Positions 12,966-24,721 of a stretch of DNA of 64,000 nt are shown in pieces. The notes below the pieces were generated by a model, which made no database searches, was not told where the DNA came from, and saw only the letters and a list, made by a program, of their open reading frames with translations. The DNA comes from Cyanophora paradoxa CCMP329. Taxonomy: Eukaryota; Plantae; Glaucophyta. Location: positions 62,001-126,000 of the forward strand of contig QPMI01000473.1 of NCBI GenBank assembly GCA_004431415.1. Direction: 5' to 3'. Both the position numbers and the translations under genes were made by a program. The first letter of the stretch is position 1, and the number at the start of each line of letters is the position of its first letter.

Positions 12966-15634
12966 CTATCGGACGGGGAGGAAGCTCAGGGACGCGCGGC
13001 CGGCGCCGGCGTAGAGCGCAAATGCGAGGGCGGCGGCCGCGGCGGCGAGGAGGAGGGCCCCCAGCCCGAGGGCCGCCTTGGAGGGCCCCTTGTCCCAGCC
13101 CGCCATCCGCAGCACGGCGTCGGGGGCGCCGGCCCAGGCGCCCGGGCCCCGCAGGCGGAAGTGGACGGGGCTCGCCGGGCCCACGAGGGTGGCGAGGGCC
13201 ACCCGCGGGCTCCGCAGCCACACGAGCGGGTTGGAGAGGCGCGGCCGGCAGCCCACCAGCCCCGCGATCTCCTCCATGTAATCTGGGGACCGGGACGCCC
13301 TCGCTCGCTTGTACCCTCCTCGAAGGCGGTGGGGGGTACGCGCGCGGACCGAGGTAGTCGACCTGGACGGTGTGGCGGGGGCTCGGCTTGTAGCGGGCCC
13401 GCACGGCGGCCTCGCGCCGCTCGACGTCCCGCGCCATCTCCTCCCGCGGGGGCAGCCGGCAGAGCCCCTTCAGCAGCCTCGCGAACCACCGCTGCGCCGG
13501 GTGAGCCTGAGCCCCGCCCGGGCCCCGGGAGGGAGCCGGGTACCGCCTGAATCTCGGAGATGGGCATGATGGCCCCCAGGGGCTGCCGGCGGCTTGTTCA
13601 GGGGGTACGAGTGCTGAACGGGGTACGGGGGCGAAAACCTGGACAAGGCCGATGAAGGCCAGCGTGGGGGGGCCCTCGAGGGGTAGCATGTGCCTGGCGC
13701 GCCGCTCGCACCGTGCGCGGCGGGCGGGGAGGGGGGGAGGGGGGGGGCGAAGGGGGGGTACACCGCACTTGTAGAGCCGGACCGAGTTCGAGGGCCCGAT
13801 GCCGACGGAGAGCGGGTTGCCCCCCGGCCGGTTCTTGACGAACGGGACCTCGATCTCGTACCCCTGCGGCGCGCGATCGCGACGAGGTGAGGGGTACAGA
13901 CGAAGGCCGGGAGGTGGGGTGCCGCACCGTGCAGTAGATGATGGCGTCGGCCTTGACGCGCGTGCCTGCGCGCCGCGGTCGCGCCTCGGGCGCGGAGGGG
14001 CGGCCCCGCAGGCGCGCGCACCATCGGCGAAGGAGACGGCGTCGGGGTGGAGCTCGGCCACGTCGGGCCGCACCGCGATCGTCCCCGTCCCGATCCGCCC
14101 CAGCAGCTCCGAGTGGATCGTCGGGTGCGCCTGCGGCCGGTCGAGCGCCGGCGCGGGAGGCGTGGGAGGAGGCGGGGCGGGGCGCGCGCGCCTGGAAGAT
14201 GCGGTGCTTGGGCCGCAGGCCAAAGTCCTTCACCGAGCCGTGCGTGAGGCTGCGGGCGGGCGGGTCCGGGCCGGAGGCTCAGCGGCGCGGCGCGCGAGGC
14301 GGCGATGGAGGGGCGACGGGCGCGCCTGATCGCCTTCTCCATGAAGAGGGTTCGAACCCAGAGGGGGCAGATCGTGCTCACGAGGCGGCTGCGGGGCAGA
14401 TCCGTCTCCATCTCTCTACCGGACGGGCGGGGCGGAGGGGCGGATCGCACCTAAGCATGTGGTCGAAGGGGGTGTTGAGGAGGTAGCGGGGGAAGACCCA
14501 CGTCCCCGAGCGGGTCGAGAGCTCCACCTGCCTGCGTTTAAGGGGCCGGCGGGAGGCGGGCGCGCTGCGCAGGGGCCCGCCTGCGCGGCCGCCCGGCTCA
14601 GCTCCACGGCGATGTCGGCGCCTGCGGGGCGCGTGAGGGGGGCGGCGTTTCGGGGCCGTGCGCGCGGCCGCGGCGCGCACCGGAGTTGCCGATGCCGACG
14701 ACGACGACGCGCTTCCCGCGGTACGGCAGGTCGTCCTTGTACGCGTGGCTGCGCCCCGGGCGCGCGCGCGGCCGGTCAGCGCGTGCGCGGGGCGGGCGGC
14801 CGGGCGGCCCGCCGGCTCGCCCGCCGGCTCACCTGTGGACTTGGACGCCCTTGAAGGTGTCGGCCCCGGGGAAGGCCGGCGTCCGCGGCTTCCAGTGGTG
14901 GCCCGTGCAGACCATCACCGCGTCAAAGAGCTGCCGGCGGGGACGGAGGAAGGCGTTGACAGGGGTGGCGCGCCGCGGGGAGGGCCGAGGGGCGGCGCGC
15001 CTCCTCAGCGGCGGCGGAGGCGCCCGTGCCGCTCTCGTCGTGCGTGCTCTCCCAGCGGATGCGCCAGCGCCCGCCGGGCCCCCCCGCCGACTCCGGGCGC
15101 TCCTCCCCCACGCGCTCGGGCTCCACGGAGACGATGCGGCAGCCGAAGCGGACGTACTGCAGCAGCTTGAAGTGCTCCGCGTAGTCCTCGAGGTACCTGC
15201 GCCCGTTCCGTTCGGCGCCCGCGGACGGAGCTCAAAGCGGAGCGCTCGGTCGCACTGCAGCACGAGGCGGTGCGGCAGGAAGGTCGGATACGACTCCGGC
15301 ATGGGGAAGTCGGAGAAGCACATCATCTCCTTGGACGTGTTGATGACTGCGGGTGCGCGTGACGCGGACGGCCGCGCGGCGCCGGCGGGCGCAGGAGACG
15401 CGCACCCGTCGTCCGCATGATGGAGCTGTGGCTCTCCTCCTCCGTGAAGCGCCAAAGGCCGCCGATCTGGCGGCTTTGCTCGAAGACGACGGGCGTGAGG
15501 CCTGCGCGTGCTTGAGGCCGACGGGCGCCGCGTACGCGGTACGACGCGGCGTGGGGCGAGGGCGGACCTTCATCTGCGCAGCACTTTGCCGCGGTTAGGC
15601 CGCTCACGCCCGCGCCGATGACGGCGATGCGCAT
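12966..15634 (-). CDS. FMO: flavin-containing monooxygenase (dimethylaniline monooxygenase/FMO family)
   Basis: FAD motif [10 protein letters not shown]; GGLWRF; [16 protein letters not shown]; FMO signature FKGVQVHSHAYK; NADPH motif VVVGIGNSG; [11 protein letters not shown]; LAFIGLVQ; RHTVQVDY; C-terminal hydrophobic anchor. Confidence 0.95.
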
Positions 15635-15811
15635 CGTCGCCGGCAAGCCAGCGCCTTCTCAATGGGCTCCGCTGCGCTGAACAACGTCGACGCTGTTCCC
15701 GTTAAACGAGGATGTCGCTTCAAAGACTCGCTTGGTCGACGTCGACGGGGATACGCGATTGATTTCGATTCGCCAGCGCCAGACCAGTCGACCGAGCCAG
15801 GATATCGAAAA

Positions 15812-16224
15812 ATGAACCACGAGGAAGGGAAAACGCGAGCGCAGGAGAGGTGCGGGCGTTCGCCAGTTCGAGCTCGAGCACGCGCCGATCAACTTAATTA
15901 AGCTTCGTCGGCGCCGCGCGCGTGCGCGGCGTGCGCCGCAGGGATGAGGCGCTACGGAGCGCCGCGCCGTTTCTTCTCTACCGCGGCGCGCCGATCGGCG
16001 CACTCAGCGAGGACCCCGCCGCCCACTATGAGGGCAGCCTCGAGGACGAGTCGAAGCCACTCTTGAAGCACCTCGCTCGGGACGAGGAAACGTGCGTCGA
16101 CAGCACTCAGGAAGGCGAGGAGGAGGCGCGGCAGCGAAGCGAGGGCGGCGGAGGCGCCGGCAACAAACCCGGCGCGCGCGCGCCCGGCGCACGCGACGCG
16201 CACGCGGACGAGCGCTCCGGATAA
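15812..16224 (+). CDS. small hypothetical protein (2 exons)
   Basis: ATG at 15812, plausible GT-AG intron to about 15941, then an acidic ORF ending TAA at 16224; no homology recognised. Confidence 0.3.
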
Positions 16225-16776
16225 ACTAGTACGATCGGTGCGCTCCGGCGCCGCCGCACAAGCGCGCGCTTCAACGCTAAGATCAAATTAAACTGAATCG
16301 ACATTGCGCTTCGCGGGGTCGACATCACTAGTACTCCTGGACAGGATCTCGTGGTACTGACATCTTAATGTTATGATGCAGCTGAAGCCGGAGTTTGACG
16401 CCGCGCGCCGGCCGCCGCAGCGGCGCGCCGGATCGGAGGGACCCCAGCCGCAGCCGGGCGGTTAGCTGGCGCGGGATCGGCGGCAGTGCAGCTTGGTCCT
16501 GCGGGAGGCTGCGGCTTCTCAACCGGACCCTGCTGTTGGCGACTTGCAATTGATGTCTTGCGCCAGCCTGGCATTGTCGTTAGCTAATGAAACTAAATCT
16601 TCAATCTATCTACCTGCCTGTGAACGAAATCGAAGGGTCATCTGCTGACGATCTTAACGTTTCTAGGGGCATTCGTATTGCGGGCCAGGTCTCCGCTGAC
16701 AGCAGCTTTTGCCTGCGGCGCGGGCCCCGCACAGAGAGCTCAGCGGGGCGCCGCGCGCGGCGGCGGCAATAGCTGC

Positions 16777-17313
16777 TTAGATGCGCACCCGGCCCTGCTG
16801 GAACGTCCTGTAGGCCGCCCGCGCCTGAGACTTTAGCTCCATCCGCGCCGCATCCTCGCCGGTGATCGCCGCCGCCGTCAAACCGCTTCCCTCGCCCTCC
16901 ACAAGCTGTGGGCGGACCGTCGCTCGCTGCCCGGCGCGCCGCGGGGAGCGCAGGCGGCAGCGCTCATCGCGAACCTGGCCGTCTTTGAAAACGTAGGTTG
17001 TGCGCCCGAGGCCGTCCGCTCCTGCCTGGCTTCTTGAGCGCGATACCGGCTTGGGAGTCACCATGCGCAGGAACCGGAGGCGCGACTGCGCGTTGTTGAC
17101 AAGCTCCTGAGGTGCGCGGCAAGTTCAGCGGGCGGAGCGCTGCGAGGCTCGGTTCCAGAAGGTGCCCACCTGCACTTTCGCCGGGTCGGTTTCGTGCAGG
17201 TGCTCGCGGAAGCCATTGCGGATCTGCTCTAGCACCGGTCCGGGCGTCGCGTGGAGCTTGCCGCGTGCGATGAACTCCCTGTAGAGCTCCACGACCGACC
17301 TTCGTGCTGCCAT
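16777..17313 (-). CDS. LYR-motif (Complex 1 LYR family) mitochondrial protein
   Basis: MAARRSVVELYREFIARGK...EQIRNGFREHLHETDPAKVQ|ELVNNAQSRLRFLRM: LYR triad plus the downstream F and xxxETD pattern. Confidence 0.8.
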
Positions 17314-17346
17314 TTGAGATTGTACCCGTCCCAAGCATTTCTCTCG

Positions 17347-17809
17347 ATGACGTCTCCGTCGTCTCCTTCCTCTCCGGGCTCCCCGGGGCACTCGCACAGC
17401 GCAGCCACCGCGAACCTCAGCCGCGCGCGGGAGGAGACGGCAAATCTGGCGCGTGAGGCAGTCGTGGCCCTCGGCCAGGTCGCCCGCCTCGCATCGACAG
17501 GTTCGCGCGCCTGCTTAGACGAGCTCGATGCCCCGCCTGTTGCGGCCCCGAAAGACTGGAGAAAGCAGCGACTCTACCTGACGCACCTCCGCTGCGCAAG
17601 CAGAGACGATGGGGCCAGTGTACGCTGCTTCGAAGAACTTTGCGGGGTCGGCCGACGCTCGCCTCGACACGCTCGCCGCGCAGTGGCGCCAGATGTCTTA
17701 CATGCTCCAAGACAGTTCGGCGCATTTCGAGGCAGCGCAAGCGCAGCTCGAGCAAATCCCGCGGGTCAACGCGCAGCTGAAGGCCGTGCTCGACGAGCTC
17801 GAGGGCTGA
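17347..17809 (+). CDS. small coiled-coil protein, possibly BORC subunit 7-like
   Basis: About 120 aa, 2 exons. LGQVAR...AASKNFA...QMSYMLQ...QLEQIPRVNAQL is reminiscent of BORCS7; recognised from memory only. Confidence 0.35.
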
Positions 17810-18861
17810 ACGGGGACACCGCGTCGCGCCATCCTTCTGCTTCAGCTTAAGCTTGCAGTTGTCAGCATCGGAGGCACGAACGCTTCCAGCATTCCAGCGT
17901 TCATTCGAATTCTTCCTCCTCTCTTCTACGCTCGGTGGCTTAGCTATAGCAAAGGCGACCGCTGCGCGTGCCGGAGGGCCCCGATCATCGGATGCCATGC
18001 CGCGTGGACGCGACGGGGGCTCAGCTGCAGCGTCCAGCTTCAATCTTCTAGCCGTCTGGCTCCTAGGCCTCCAGCTCTCGGCCGCTGGTCCAGCCGGCGC
18101 CAGCAATCCGCCCGTCGGTCGGCTTGGGGTCGCAATTTTGCGTCCTAGTTAACGTTTGGCGGCGAGCCAACAGGCCCAAGATCAGCACTGCTTTCATCCG
18201 CGGGCCGCGGCTGGCACTGCTTTCATCCGCGAATTCCCGCCGGCGCTCATTAATATTCGAACGTCGCTTAGGTTCGAATTCACGCGAAAGTCTCCTGCAG
18301 TCTTTCATATGTTTGTTACGTATACTGTAGGATTGCTTTTTTAGCCGATGTTTTAAATTGCCGTATATTGCCGAAGAGGCCCTCGCGGCCTGCTCGCAGC
18401 GAGCATGGCGGCCTGCTGGCCCCTGCGCCTCAGCGGTTGTGAGCCGCCTGCAGCATCCGCCTGATCGACGCAGCGTCCCTCTGCAGTGTCGCTCCAGATC
18501 TAGATCTAGAGTTGCTGCAGCGAGTAATGGCCTCATGATCAGGCTAGCGCTGCCCCCAGGGAGCCAGCGCTAGCGCTAGCAGCGGGGGCACGAGCTCAGG
18601 AGCACCCGATGATCATAATCAGCAGCCGCTGAGCATCGGCACGACGAGCCTCGAGCCCGGACTCTGGGAGCGAAGGAGTCCAGGGATCGGGCGCGATCGG
18701 CCAGCAGCCGCGGGCCGGAGGATACGCCTTTTGAAAACAAAAAGAGGGCGCCCTCGAAACATACCACTGCAGCTGGGACAGTTATGCTGTGGGCTTGAGG
18801 AAGGCAGCGACCGAGTAGACAGCAAGGCTGGTTAAATTCTATCCTTCTCATCCTTCTTCTT

Positions 18862-21800
18862 CTAGATCTCCTGTTCGTAATCAAGGCCCAGGAGATCCAG
18901 AAGGCTGGGCGACGTCCTCATGCCTTCCGTCCCGTCTAGATCTGTGCCGCTCGGAAGAGGCGTTGCATCCGGGCCCGCGCTCGGCGCCCGCAGCTCCTTC
19001 AGCGCCGCGCGGATGCGACGGCAGCGGGGGTGCTCGGGGGGGAAGACGTCGGGCATGACCTCGGCGGCCGCCGCCGCCCGCGCGAAGCAGAGCGCCGCCT
19101 GCCGCCGCTGGCCCGAGCGCGCGTACAGCTCCGCCAGCGCGCAGACCTGCGGGGCATTTCGACAGGGGCGGGGGTACACGCAGCGCGGGCGGGCGGAGTA
19201 GCACCATGTGGAAGACGGTAATGGAGCGAGACGAACGCGTGAAGATGGCGGCGCAAAGCTGCCGAAGTACAGTAAAAAGAAAGAAAGGAAGAACGAATGC
19301 GACGCTGAAATATATACCAGATTCAAGCGAAAGATGCTGATGTAGGTGGCGAACGAGGCTAAACGCCCGAAGCCGCGATGCATCCCTGTCATACTGTACG
19401 GGCAACACTTCAGTATACGGGAAACGGAGCCCGAGAAGAGATTTGGCATGGAGTGGAAGCCGCGTACATGTCCTGCGCCGGCGCCGGAAGGGTCAGCTCA
19501 AGATGGGACCGGTCAGGGAAGAGGTGGATCGGGCGCACCAAGAAGGCTCTAGGAGAAATGGGTGGGAAGAACGGTCTCACGATTAATGAAAGCTGCAGCG
19601 GAAGGCACGAGGCGGGGTCGGGTGGGAAGGCACGAGGCGGGGTCGGGAGCGGAGTCGACGAGGTTGAGGCAGTCCCGCCACATCATGATTCCCTCGTAAA
19701 GCCGGCCTGCAGCCCACTGTGAGGCGCGCGCGCGGCGGCGGCGCAGGGCGCCTCGTGATCAGCGCACCGGCGCGGATCGCTGCGAAGCCGCCCTGGCCGA
19801 GCGCTGCAATCTCCACGCCCACCTCCGCCCTGGAGGTGCCGTCGACGTCGTCAGTGCCATTGCGTCTGCTCAGTTCGGGCGAGGAGCACCGCTCTTCGCG
19901 CGGGAGGCGGCGGGCGATCTCGAAGACGCGCGCGAAGTGCTGCCGCGCCTCGTCCAGCTGCGCACCGACCATCGCCATCCGCCCTGCAACCGGACGCGCG
20001 CGTCACGAGCTCTACGATCGGCTGCCTTATAATAAGGGGACCAGGTACCGAGTGCGAAGCGGGCCCGGGCCTCAAACACGGCGTCGTCATCCGTCTCTGT
20101 GAACCTGCGTGCCACGCTCCCTCAGGCGCAGGAGAGCGCGAAGTTGTGGCAGGACCGCAGCACCAATACATGCTGCGTGACGCGGCAAGCGTGTGAGGGG
20201 CAGTGCTGCAAGGCTTTCCGACAGACAAACAAAAGCGCACCGCTCGGCGAGCTCAAAGGCCATAGTGTCGTTCACTGTGAGAACGTCAATGCGTGGGCGG
20301 AGGTGTGCAGTCGGCTTAAGAGAACGGCGGCCGCACTGTGCGACTCGTGAAGGAGCAGGATGATCCTGGCCTCCAGCCGGGAAGGAGAGAGGCCGGCCTC
20401 TTGCGCCAACGACCACGCCTGCGCTCGCCAATCAATTGCAATTATACCCGCTGCGCAACCGGGGGAGACCGAAGTGGGAGAGTACCTCGAACTGCGACGA
20501 AAGGCGTCAGAAAAGGCGAAACGAGGCCAGGCGGAGGGAGAGGGCACAAAGAGCGGAATGGCCCCCTGCAGGTCAACCTCCTGCACCGGCGGTTAGATAA
20601 GAGACGGCCAACGACAAAGCCAAAGATGGACGAGGGCGTGCTGGTCGCCGATGGCGGCGAGGACTTCGGCGAGCATCGCGCGGCCGCCCGGCCGCCCCTC
20701 CGCCCGCTCCGCCGTCCGCCGCGCCAAGCCCAGCATCTGCCGCATGCGCAGGGTCGGGCGGTGCGAGGAAGGGCAAAGGAACGGGGGCACGTGGAGGGCG
20801 TCTGCGAAGGGGAGGAGGAAGAGGTCGCAGGGGGCGGCCCGCAGCGACGGCCGCAACGCCTCCACCACGTCCAGCGTCTGCGGCCCGGCCACGTGTCGGC
20901 AAGCACAAAGCAGACGGAGCTCGAGCGGAGCGCGAGCGTACGCGGCGGCAGTCGCCGAGGGCCTCGTCCGCGTCGGCATCGGCCCAGGAACGCAAACGGA
21001 GGCGTTCCATCGCTCTACGCGGAATTTCCGAGTGACAAGGGGCAGATCGGCTGGCGGCGAATTCGCGCACGGCTTGACCACTGCCGCCTTTAGCGCAGAG
21101 ACGGCTGAGAGGGCCTGCATGCGGCGTTCAAGAGGGGAAGGCGGCCCGGCACGCGAAAATGGAAGGAGCGGACGATTCTGAGGGAGCCCGTGGCCGTGCG
21201 GGTCTTGGAGAGGAGTAGGCGGAGCCGCACGCGGCCCGAGCGGGTGGAGACGAGGCTGGAGGCGACCGCCGGGCCACAGCAGATGTACCTGACGGCACCG
21301 TTAGAAGCCTCCGAGCAGAGGTATATAGCTGGCGCCAACGGACCTCGCCGCCTCTTCCAAAGCGCGCTCTCGCTCGCGGCCAGGCACCAGCTTGTCGGCG
21401 GCCGAGAAGGCCTGCGGGAAACGGAGATGGTAAGGGGGACGGGGTCGGACATCACCGCAAGCTCACTGCTTCAATGCGCGCGAAGAGCAGGCTCTCTTCC
21501 GTTAGGCTCTGCGGAAGGGCGTTGGGCAAACCCCCGATTCTCGAACAGGGGACGCGAGCTCACGGAAGCGTCCCGGGGGGGCGTCAGCGGCTCTGGCAGC
21601 CGCACGGCCGGCGGGTCCGTCGCCTGTGGGGGTACGTATTTTTAGCAGAGGAAAGGCGGCGCGGGGTGCGGCCGCGGGGCACGGGCCTCGACGCAGAAGA
21701 GGGGCCGGCGGCGCGGGGGCGGCGCGGGCCCGTCGGGGCCCTCGGGGATCCCGTCCACCTCCGCTATGAACGCCTCCTGCGCCGCATCAGAGCCGTACCC

Positions 21801-23006
21801 CCTTCGGAGGGGTACGCGGACGAGGGACTCGAGGGCGGCGATGGTGGGGGAGCGCCCGCCGTCGATGAGGGAGCGGCGCGCGATCTCCGCCCGCGTCAGC
21901 TGCAGCGCCGTCGCCACCGAATGCATCGTCCCTGCGCCGAGCTGGGACGTGAGGGCGAAAGGGGTGCGCGCGCAAGGACTGCGGACCTTCGCTCATCTGC
22001 ATGGCGGCTGCGCGGGCGTGGCGGTCGTCAAGCAGGAGCCATCAAATGCTTTGTTGAAAGCTGGCACCTGGGTGGGCACCGACGTCGGGAACCAGCGCCG
22101 GCTCCACCTGAGAGCGGGTCAGGGGGTACGGCGCGGCGCGACTCCAGGGGGCACGTGCACCTTGTCGAGGTGGACGGCGGCGAGGTCGGCGGCCAGGGCG
22201 AGCGCCTGCTCCGCCTCCCCTTCGCTCTCCTGCTCCTCCGGATCCGGCGGGTTTGGTGGGACCGAAAGCGGGGCCGGCGCCGGTTCCAGAGGCGGCGCTG
22301 GCGGGGCAGGGGCCGCATGCGCAGGGAGCGGGGGATTGGGAGGTGCGATCGTGCACGTGCACGTGCACCTGCACGGAGTGGGCGGCGGGGCAGCAGCAAG
22401 CGATTGCGGAGACGAAGCGGGATACGGGATGGGGATTTTCGGAAAGGGGAGAGGGGGGAAGGCAGCGGCGGGCGGCGCGTCGGCGGTGGGCGGCTCGCGG
22501 CGGTCGAGCACGTCGAGCGCCGCCGCCGCGAAGGCGCGCGAGTCGATCTCGTGCGGCGGGCTCGTGTCTGCAGGAGCAAAGGCGCCATCGGCCTGCGCAT
22601 GCGCGGGCATCGCCATCGTCCGGTGCCGCTTCGTTCGGTGCAGCAGCTGCTCCGGGTCCGTCGTCATGTGAACATGCGGCTGCGCATGCATATGCTGATC
22701 ATGATCCGCGGTCGGCGCCGTCGACGACCCCGAAGGAAGGCGGGTGTGCTGGCCATGGAGGATCTCGGAGGCTGGCTCCCCATGTGTATACGCAGCCGCC
22801 GCCGCAGGCCAGTTGAATCCGGAGCCACGTGCACCTATAGCTATAGCTAGGCCTAGGCCTGCAGCTGGCGCTGCTGCCGGAAGCCAGCTCGGGGCCGGGC
22901 GGCGGCCGCCGCAGTCGCGGGCTGCTGGAGCCGATGCTGGTGCTTCAGGATTCATGCGCTCTAGATCTCTTGAGCTCGGACGAACGTCCTGCTCAGTGCT
23001 GGCCAT
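18862..23006 (-). CDS. hypothetical spliced protein with C-terminal TPR-like helices (may be more than one gene)
   Basis: Minus-strand exon-like peptides AQLDEARQHFARVFEI and CALAELYARSGQRRQAALCFARA...PEHP; exon structure unresolved. Confidence 0.35.
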
Positions 23007-23781
23007 TATGGGCCGCCGTGCGTGCGCGCACCACCGTGGCCCGGTGGCACCGTGGCACAGGCCGTAGCACCCAGTCCAGCTGCATGCAGTCTGATGATGC
23101 AGATATCGATCCTAGATCTGCACGGAGCCGCTCCGCACCGCGTACCCCCGGCGCAGTCCGCGGCCGCGGGCTGGCCGCGGCCGCAGTGCCGCCGCACCCG
23201 ACGCCACCGGGTACCCGTTCGACCGGAAACGGTTCGAACCCAGGGCGGCGAATTCGAAGCATGCGCATGAATGACGAATGCGCATATGCATTGCGCAGCC
23301 CCGCAGAACCTCCGGGATCCCGCCGGGCTCCGGCCCGCCGCCGGGCGCCTCCCCGCCGAGTCCCCGGCGACTCCCCGGCGAGAGTCCCCGCCGACTCCCC
23401 GCGGCCGGGCCCGGCCGCGCGGGCCCGCGGCCGGCCGGGCCCGGCGCCTCCCGCATGCCGCAGACGGCCCGCAGTGCGCAGCGGCCGCACTGCGGCGCGG
23501 CAGCCTCCCGGCCTGAGGGCGGCCTCCCGCGCGCAGCGCTGAGCGCCCGCCCGGGTTCAACGGTTGTTCATGATTAAGACTTCAAGCCTGAGCTCAAGTT
23601 CCCGGCTCCGGCCCAGCTGCAGCTGCAGCACTAGCCACTGTAGTCTGTAGTAGCCAGCTAGCGCTGCAGTCGGAGACTCGGAGGCTCGGAGGAGTCGGAG
23701 CGGAGCCAGAGACTCCGGGAAACTTTAAATTACTAGTACTAGTAACTTGTAAAACGTGATGCCAGCCTTTGCCAGGAAAAC

Positions 23782-23992
23782 CCGCTCATAGCGGTGTGGT
23801 TATCATACACGCTTTTCATTTCATGCCTTCCGTGTTCGAATCGCCCTGCGATGAGAATCACGCCTTCGGATCCCGCCCGTTCCCCATAATTTCGTTCGAT
23901 CATGCCCCACCTTGCCTGTAATACCCTGTATACGCCCCCACAGTGCTGGAGTAGACTAGAGGCTGTGGCCGGTAATTCACCAAAAAAAAAAA
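23782..23992 (+). mobile_element. tRNA-derived SINE, copy 1
   Basis: A-box-like TAGCGGTGTGG (23789), B box GTTCGAATC (23834), A11 tail, 13-bp TSD TTGCCAGGAAAAC (23769-23781, 23993-24005); second copy at 39774. Confidence 0.85.
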
Positions 23993-24721
23993 TTGCCAGG
24001 AAAACTCTATAATGTACTACTAGCAGTAGTAATGCCACTTTATTTATGCCGGCGCCAGTGTACGCACTGTACGGTGCCCGCGGCCACGGTGTACCGGTAC
24101 CGCACTATAGCTACGAATCTACAACTCTAGCCTACGAGGCCGCGTCGAGGCAACCCCGGCAACCCCGGCCCGCGTTGTGCTCGTGCTTGATCGCGATGCC
24201 CCGCGCGCGTGCAATATATATAGTTGGGCATCATGCGCATGCGCACTATATATATATAGCTAGCGCTAGCTCACGCTCGCGCGGTGGAGACAGCGGCTGC
24301 GGACCGGGCCGGGCTGCGCATATGCATATGCATGCATATGCATATGCATGCATATGCAGCGCTAGCGCTACAGGCTACGTATACTAGTACTAGGGCCGGG
24401 CTGACTAATTGCAATTGTACATGTGAAGCTGCGCATGCGGGGTGCATGCGCACGTACGCGTGGGCGGCGAAATCGCGTGCCCGAATTCGAAGTGCATGCG
24501 CATTGAGAGAGTCGTGCGTGTACGTATACGCTGGATCGCCCGGCCCGCGGCCGCGCGCGCGCGTCCGACGGTCGACGCGCGCCGGCGCCGGCCGGGCCTC
24601 GCCCTGGAACTTCGGAAGCTTAAGGGGGTACCCCTTCGAATTTACGTAAAACCAACGAACCAGGCGCCGGCAGCGAGGAAGGCTAGGCGGCCAAGGCCCT
24701 CGTGGCCTGCTCGCAGCGAGC

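Noticed and set aside
23781-23860. Functional tRNA gene
   Set aside because: Anticodon and T stems pair poorly, and it continues into a SINE body with poly(A) and TSD.
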